From Negativicutes bacterium (GTDB taxonomy: Bacteria; Bacillota; Negativicutes; SKW292): a stretch of DNA of 32,544 nt. Position numbers and translations under genes: made by a program. Below are positions 27,266 to 32,544 of the stretch, piece by piece. The stretch covers positions 1 through 32,544 of the forward strand of contig JAOAFP010000007.1 of assembly GCA_026416215.1 (NCBI GenBank), written 5' to 3'. The first letter of the stretch is position 1. Every line of letters begins with the position of its first letter. The notes under the pieces were generated by a model. That model was not told where the DNA came from, searched no databases, and was given only the letters and a program-made list of their open reading frames with translations.

Positions 27266-28387
27266 ATGTACGAACGGGCAGCATGGGTGGAAGTCAACCT
27301 CGGGCACATCGCCCATAATTTACGCAGCATCAAGCTCCACATCGGTGACAGCTGCAAGCTGTGTCTGGCGATCAAGGCCGACGCCTACGGCCACGGGGCG
27401 GTGGCGGTGTCTAACCTGGCAGCCGGCTGTGGAGTGGAATATCTGGCGGTGGCGACCCTGACCGAGGCATTGGAACTGAGACGCAGCGGCAACACCCTTC
27501 CCATTCTCATCCTCAGCAAAATTCCCGCCTATTACGCGTCCTACCTGGCAGCCTACAACCTCGAGCAGACGGTGTTTGACCGGGAAACCGCCGGCGTACT
27601 TTCCGAGTGGGGGGTAAAGCTGGAAAAAAAAATCCGGGTTCATGTCAAGATCGACAGCGGTATGGGACGGATCGGGGTGAACTACCGGCAGGGCGGGGAA
27701 TTTGTCCGCTACCTGCTCGGACTGCCGGGGCTGACGGTAAGCGGGATTTTCACCCATTTTGCCGACGCCGATTCCCGGGATCTGAGCTTCACCTACAGGC
27801 AGCTGCGGAGATTCTGCGGGGTTCTGACAGAGCTGAGACGGGACGGAATTGTCCTGCCGCTGGTCCACGCCGCCAACAGTGCGGCCACGCTGGCAGTGCC
27901 CGACAGCTGGTTTGACATGGTCAGGGTGGGGATTGCCGCCTACGGGCTGCGGCCGTCGCCTGACTTTGTCCCGCCGCTGGAATTGCGGCCGGCCATGGAA
28001 CTGAAGTGCCGGATTGTCCAGCTGAAGGAGGTGCCGGCCGGAACTCCGATCAGCTACGGTTGTACGTTTGTCACCTCCCGGCCGAGCCGGATCGCCACGT
28101 TGCCGGTGGGATATGCCGACGGCTACAGCCGCCGGCTGTCCAACCGTGGCTGGGTGATGGCCGGTGGGGTGAGGGTACCGGTGGTTGGCCGGGTTTGTAT
28201 GGATCAGACCATGATCGACGTTACTGACGTGCCGGCGGTGGGGGTGGACGATGAAGTGTCGCTGTTCGGCGGTGACGGGGTGAGTGTTGATGAAGTGGCC
28301 GGCTGGCTGGGAACGGTGAATTATGAGGTGATAACATCCCTCAGTCAGCGGGTGCCGGTAATCTACCGGCAACAGAAGGACACCTGA
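27266..28387 (+). CDS. alr: Alanine racemase
   Basis: PLP-lysine motif AIKADAYGHGA. Also VHVKIDSGMGRIG, the HFA.AD motif, PVGYADGY and VGRVCMDQ. Confidence 0.93.
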   Translation: MYERAAWVEVNLGHIAHNLRSIKLHIGDSCKLCLAIKADAYGHGAVAVSNLAAGCGVEYLAVATLTEALELRRSGNTLPILILSKIPAYYASYLAAYNLEQTVFDRETAGVLSEWGVKLEKKIRVHVKIDSGMGRIGVNYRQGGEFVRYLLGLPGLTVSGIFTHFADADSRDLSFTYRQLRRFCGVLTELRRDGIVLPLVHAANSAATLAVPDSWFDMVRVGIAAYGLRPSPDFVPPLELRPAMELKCRIVQLKEVPAGTPISYGCTFVTSRPSRIATLPVGYADGYSRRLSNRGWVMAGGVRVPVVGRVCMDQTMIDVTDVPAVGVDDEVSLFGGDGVSVDEVAGWLGTVNYEVITSLSQRVPVIYRQQKDT

Positions 28388-28441
28388 AGTTGCCGGAGGC
28401 CGGCTGCAGGGCTGTGCCGGTCGGTTCGGGAAGGGGCGGAC

Positions 28442-29425
28442 ATGAGTATTTGCGTCGGCGATATCAAAACAATGGCCAAAGGCCAGCCGATCCGGGGAGT
28501 TTATCTCCTCAGCGGTTTTGAAATCCGGTCGGGAGGACAGAACGGGCGTTACGGCTCGGCCAGGCTGTCCGATCGCAGCGGGAAAATCGAGGCCCGGATC
28601 TGGGAGCTGCCCGATGATCCGGCCTGGCTGAGCGAAATGCCGGTAGTCTTCATAGAGGGTGAATACTGCCCTTACCAGGGGGTGCCCCAGGTCAGGATCA
28701 GCCGGCTGGCTGCTGTGCCGGACGAACAGTTGAAGGCCGGGATGCTGAGCAGTCTGGTGCGGGTCAGCAGTCACGACCCGAGGGTGATGTGGGGCGAACT
28801 GACCGGACTGGTTGAATCGATGGGCGATCAAAGAGTCAGGGCCTTCTGTGACCGGCTGATCTTCGACGACGAAGAGGTGTGCGGGCGTCTGCGGGTCTGG
28901 CCGGCGGCGGTGGCTTTTCATCACGACTACGTCGGCGGGCTGCTGCAGCATACCTGGGAAATGGCCAGAATGGCTGACGCACTGGCCAAAACTGCGCCGG
29001 ATATCAACCGCGACCTGTTGCTGGCCATGGTCTGCATGCACGACATCGGCAAGATCCACGAGATCGAGGTTGACCGGCTGGGGGGACCGGCCGGTTTCAG
29101 CAGGCAGGGCCGGTTGCTGGGACACATCTACATTGGCATGGCAATGGTGGACCGCTGTGGGCGGCGGTACGATCTCGACCCCGAGGTCGGGCTGGCCCTG
29201 CAGCACGCCATTTTAAGCCATCACGGCAGCAGGGAGTTTGGCAGCCCGTTGCCGCCAAAAATAAAGGAAGCGCAGATTCTGCACTTCCTTGACAACATGA
29301 GCGCCAGGCGGGAGATATTTGCCACCGAGCTGGCCTCCGTCCGTCCGGGAACGTTCAGTCCGTGGGTCAAATCCATACAGAGCGAGATCTATCTGCCGGA
29401 TTTCCCGTCCGGCGACGATCAGTAG
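28442..29425 (+). CDS. yhaM: 3'-5' exoribonuclease YhaM-type (OB-fold plus HD domain)
   Basis: N-terminal OB-like segment (GRYGSARLSDRSGKIEARIW), then an HD domain: FHHDYVGGLLQHTWEMA...CMHDIGKIHE...ILSHHG. Confidence 0.8.
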   Translation: MSICVGDIKTMAKGQPIRGVYLLSGFEIRSGGQNGRYGSARLSDRSGKIEARIWELPDDPAWLSEMPVVFIEGEYCPYQGVPQVRISRLAAVPDEQLKAGMLSSLVRVSSHDPRVMWGELTGLVESMGDQRVRAFCDRLIFDDEEVCGRLRVWPAAVAFHHDYVGGLLQHTWEMARMADALAKTAPDINRDLLLAMVCMHDIGKIHEIEVDRLGGPAGFSRQGRLLGHIYIGMAMVDRCGRRYDLDPEVGLALQHAILSHHGSREFGSPLPPKIKEAQILHFLDNMSARREIFATELASVRPGTFSPWVKSIQSEIYLPDFPSGDDQ

Positions 29426-30285
29426 ACGATCACCACCCGACAACCGGCCAGGACGCCGCCGGATGCCTGGAGACGGAGGATCATCCAGCCGGCATCGGCG
29501 TCGACCGTGACCACCGTGCCATTCGACTGGCTGCCGGTGGCCCGGACGATCAGCGGGTTGTCGCCCACCCGATCGCCCAGGGACGGCCAGTCGTCGAAGC
29601 GGCAGTAGGCAGCGACGGCATTTGTCGACAGCTCGCGCGGGGAAATGAACCGGTAGTCGTAGATCGTAAGGTCGTCGGTTTTTATGCTGGGCAAGAGGCA
29701 GGGGGTAACGGGCAGATTACGGGCATCAACCACCAGCCCGGTATAGGGGGATAAAGGATTTTGGCCGGGTCTCCCGGCCGGTTCCGGAGCTGGCCACGGT
29801 TCGGCCTGATAGTCGGCGATACAGCTCAGCACCGTCCCGGCAAAGCTGTTGTAGCCGGTCAGCCTGACTCTGCGGATCAAAGTGAGGATCCCTTCGTCAC
29901 CGATCTCCTGCTCGAGGACCGGGCTGTTGTCGGCCAGACGGCGCAGTTTGGCGACCAGCTCGTTGTCGTCGCCGGCAATGTCGGCGGCCGTCCGGTCAGC
30001 GGTCAGGGGAAAACGCAACATATAGTCGCTGAGGCTGTCGGCAGCGTGGATCAATGCCGCCTGTCTGGTGGCCGCCAGCGACTCAAAATCGCCGCTGTTC
30101 AGGGAAACGAAGCAGTAAATATAGCCGGACGGCCAGTCCTGCCAGGTTATCACCCGGTCACCGTGCCGGGTGTTATCATAGACGCCATTGTCGCTGGCGG
30201 CCGGAATGGCGACCGTTGCCTGTCCGGCTGCCGGCGGCAGCAGGACGATGGCGGCGGCGCAGGCAAGCAGAAGGAATCTTTTCAT
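29419..30285 (-). CDS. Secreted protein of unknown function
   Basis: Signal peptide MKRFLLLACAAAIVLLPPAAGQA. Start is set at the second ATG (30285) because GAGGAG abuts the first ATG (30291). Its stop overlaps the yhaM stop by 7 nt, tail to tail. I recognise no family. Confidence 0.6.
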   Translation of the reverse strand: MKRFLLLACAAAIVLLPPAAGQATVAIPAASDNGVYDNTRHGDRVITWQDWPSGYIYCFVSLNSGDFESLAATRQAALIHAADSLSDYMLRFPLTADRTAADIAGDDNELVAKLRRLADNSPVLEQEIGDEGILTLIRRVRLTGYNSFAGTVLSCIADYQAEPWPAPEPAGRPGQNPLSPYTGLVVDARNLPVTPCLLPSIKTDDLTIYDYRFISPRELSTNAVAAYCRFDDWPSLGDRVGDNPLIVRATGSQSNGTVVTVDADAGWMILRLQASGGVLAGCRVVIVY

Positions 30286-30421
30286 GATCATCTCCTCAAG
30301 TCTGGCGGCGGTCGGTCAGACCGCCCGGATACGGGTACAACTGCTTTTTGGTTTTCGCCGTCCGGGCAGGAAATCCCTGCCGGTGCCGGCAGAATAATTT
30401 TCAGGCGGGGGTCGGCCGTTA

Positions 30422-31663
30422 ATGCTGACTATGGTATATGCCGACGAGCGCGGCAACATCTTCGATCAGCCGGGCTGGCAGGCGCTGGGGGCGGCCGGCA
30501 GCCGGTGCTTCCGGCCGTTTGGAAGGGGGGAGGTGGTGGCGCTGCCGCCGGGAGCTGACCTGATGTTCCTGCCGGGCCGCCGGCCGCTGGGCCAACACAA
30601 CCGGCGACTGGAGGTGCTGGCCGGGCGGCTGGCGGTGGCGGCCATACTGCCGATCGGCTATACCCGGACGATGGTGCCGGCCTACAGGGCTGACCGTGAT
30701 GCCCGGCAGCTGCCGTTTTTCGGTTATACGGCAGTGGGGTATGGCGACGGCCGGCTATGGGCGGCGGCAATCAGGACATCGGCGGCCGGGCAGTGGCGTC
30801 CCGGGCGGTTTGGCACCCCTGACCTGCCGGAGCGGATTGAACACCAGCTGAGGGCTCACCCCGACAACCGGATTGTCGGGCATCTGGCCCGCTGTGCCTC
30901 ACAGTGGGGATGTCCCACCGCCCAGAATTTTTTTTACCGCCGCTGGGAAATGGGACTGCCCACCACCGCCGGCTGCAACGCTGACTGCCTGGGCTGCATA
31001 TCCCGACAGCCGGCCGGTGGTTGTCCGGCCCCCCACAGCCGTATAGCCTTCAAGCCTACAGTTGGGGAAATCGTCAGTGTTGCCTTGGGCCATCTGACCG
31101 GCGCGGCAAATCCGATCGTCAGCTTTGGCCAGGGATGCGAGGGGGAACCGCTGTTGTCGGCCGATCTGCTGGCCGAGGCAATCAGGGTGATCCGTCGCCG
31201 TTGCCGGCGGGGAATGATCAACATCAACACCAACGCCGGGCGGCCGGACGGTCTGGCCAAACTGCTGCAGGCCGGACTGGACGGCGTGCGGGTGAGTATG
31301 ATCAGTGCCCGGCCGGCCACTTATCAGGCCTATTACCGGGCGGCATACAGCTGGGAGGCAGTGGGGGAGTCGCTGGAGCTCTGCCGCAGGCACCAGGTGT
31401 TCTGGTCGTTGAATTTCCTGCTCATGCCCGGGCTTAACGACAGCCCGGACGAAATGGCGGCCTGGCGGGATTTTCTGCGCCGCTACCAACCACCGATGAT
31501 CCAGTTTCGCAACCTTAACATCGATCCCGGATATTTCTGGCGACAGATGCCCAGAGCGGCGGGACCGCCGCTGGGAGTCAGGGAAATGATCGGGGTGTTC
31601 CGCCAGGAGTTTCCCGGCATCAGGCTGGGGAACCACACGATATACCGCCGGCGCCGAGGCTGA
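30422..31663 (+). CDS. Radical SAM protein with an uncharacterised N-terminal domain of about 170 aa
   Basis: CxxxCxxC cluster motif GCNADCLGC (Cys codons 30974-30997) followed by a TIM-barrel-like region (FGQGCEGEPLL, NINTNAG). No C-terminal Cys-rich SPASM or twitch motif is visible. The start is uncertain (ATG 30422 or 30431) and the RBS is weak. Confidence 0.7.
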   Translation: MLTMVYADERGNIFDQPGWQALGAAGSRCFRPFGRGEVVALPPGADLMFLPGRRPLGQHNRRLEVLAGRLAVAAILPIGYTRTMVPAYRADRDARQLPFFGYTAVGYGDGRLWAAAIRTSAAGQWRPGRFGTPDLPERIEHQLRAHPDNRIVGHLARCASQWGCPTAQNFFYRRWEMGLPTTAGCNADCLGCISRQPAGGCPAPHSRIAFKPTVGEIVSVALGHLTGAANPIVSFGQGCEGEPLLSADLLAEAIRVIRRRCRRGMININTNAGRPDGLAKLLQAGLDGVRVSMISARPATYQAYYRAAYSWEAVGESLELCRRHQVFWSLNFLLMPGLNDSPDEMAAWRDFLRRYQPPMIQFRNLNIDPGYFWRQMPRAAGPPLGVREMIGVFRQEFPGIRLGNHTIYRRRRG

Positions 31664-31677
31664 CGAGGGGCTTTTTA

Positions 31678-31706
31678 TTGACGGGGAACAGGGGCTGTAT
31701 TATAAT
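31678..31706 (+). promoter_or_regulatory. Consensus-like sigma-A promoter upstream of sigH
   Basis: TTGACG (31678-31683), a 17-nt spacer, then TATAAT (31701-31706). It lies about 70 nt upstream of ATG 31777. Confidence 0.75.
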
Positions 31707-31776
31707 TTGTCCTGTTGATCCACAATTGAATAACCTGCGCTTGGGCAATCAATCAATCCACGGAGGCAAGCAGCGG

Positions 31777-32535
31777 ATGCGGGCACCCTTACGAGTCAGT
31801 GATGCGGACAGGTTTACCGGCTGGACGGACGAAAGTATCGTGCTTGAGGCGAAGAACAACAATGACGACGCTGCATTGGAGTACATCATCAACAAGTACC
31901 GGAGCTTTGTGCGGGCAAGGGCAAGGACGTATTTTCTGGTAGGGGCCGAGCGTGAGGATATCATTCAGGAGGGGATGATTGGTCTTTTCAAGGCGGTGCG
32001 TGATTTCCGGCACGACAAGCTGTCCTCGTTCCGGGCGTTTGCCGAGCTGTGTGTGACCAGGCAGATTATCACTGCGATCAAGACAGCCACCCGCCAGAAG
32101 CATATCCCTCTCAATTCGTACGTTTCGCTGAACAAACCGTTGTATGAGGAAGACGCCGACCGGACGCTGATGGATGTTATTTCCGGCACATCGGCCACCG
32201 ATCCGGCCGAACTGGTTCTCGACAAGGAAGAGTACGACCGGATCGAGGGCCGGATGGGGGAGATACTCAGTGAACTGGAGTGGAGCGTGCTGATGTACTA
32301 CCTGGATGGCAAGTCATACCAGGAGATCGCCGAATCGGTGGGGAGGCATGTCAAGTCGATCGACAATGCCCTGCAACGGGTCAAGCGCAAGCTCGAGCGT
32401 TATGTGGAGTGTTACAGCGACGGGGCGAACATCCATTCGATCTACCGGGGGCTGGCCAACCTTAACCGCAATTTTATCACCGGCGGGGCAGCCGGCGATG
32501 ACGTGGACGGTATGGTCTGCTGGGGGGAGAGGTAG
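31777..32535 (+). CDS. sigH: RNA polymerase sigma factor SigH (Spo0H)
   Basis: Near-identical blocks to Bacillus subtilis SigH as I recall it: REDIIQEGMIGLFKAVRDF, FAELCVTRQIITAIKTATRQKHIPLNSY and HVKSIDNALQRVKRKLE. ATG 31777 has GGAGG 10 nt upstream, and the track start 31678 lies inside the promoter. About 35 extra C-terminal residues relative to B. subtilis. Confidence 0.93.
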   Translation: MRAPLRVSDADRFTGWTDESIVLEAKNNNDDAALEYIINKYRSFVRARARTYFLVGAEREDIIQEGMIGLFKAVRDFRHDKLSSFRAFAELCVTRQIITAIKTATRQKHIPLNSYVSLNKPLYEEDADRTLMDVISGTSATDPAELVLDKEEYDRIEGRMGEILSELEWSVLMYYLDGKSYQEIAESVGRHVKSIDNALQRVKRKLERYVECYSDGANIHSIYRGLANLNRNFITGGAAGDDVDGMVCWGER

Positions 32536-32544
32536 GCAGGCGGG

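Noticed and set aside
31640-31680. T-run (GGGGCTTTTTATT) after the radical SAM stop, considered as an intrinsic terminator.
   Set aside because: I could not draw a convincing G/C stem immediately upstream of the T-run. The T-run also merges with the -35 region of the sigH promoter.

Overview
High-GC (about 60%) chromosomal window of Firmicutes/Clostridia type. This placement rests on SigH/Spo0H, a YhaM-type HD exoribonuclease, dprA-topA synteny and an FtsW/SpoVE-type SEDS protein with a PASTA-bearing class B PBP. Nearly everything is on the + strand and densely packed. All family calls come from motifs read by eye in the supplied translations; no searches were run.

Gene order:
- 3' end of an unknown ORF
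- complete F1Fo ATP synthase operon atpBEFHAGDC, no atpI, ending in a clean intrinsic terminator
- GT28/UgtP-like glycosyltransferase, dprA, topA, terminator
- an unusual unit: an actin-fold ATPase fused to 5-6 ThiS-like beta-grasp modules, a start-stop abutting Dak2/DhaL-like protein, and an orphan histidine ammonia-lyase, closed by a 16-bp bidirectional terminator
- minus strand: a secreted beta-lactamase-family protein whose catalytic Ser and Lys are substituted
- lysA-like PLP decarboxylase
- glycine-zipper lipoprotein
- a tight block: orphan MalG-type ABC permease, SEDS glycosyltransferase, two-domain PPK2, class B PBP
- ald, alr, yhaM
- minus strand: a secreted protein of unknown function
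- radical SAM protein with an uncharacterised N-terminal domain
- sigH behind a consensus sigma-A promoter

I saw no rRNA, tRNA, CRISPR array, transposase or integrase.

The best candidate for an undescribed system is the ASKHA/beta-grasp-array plus Dak2-like pair at 11353..14430. The second is the SEDS-PPK2-bPBP arrangement at 20511..25987.
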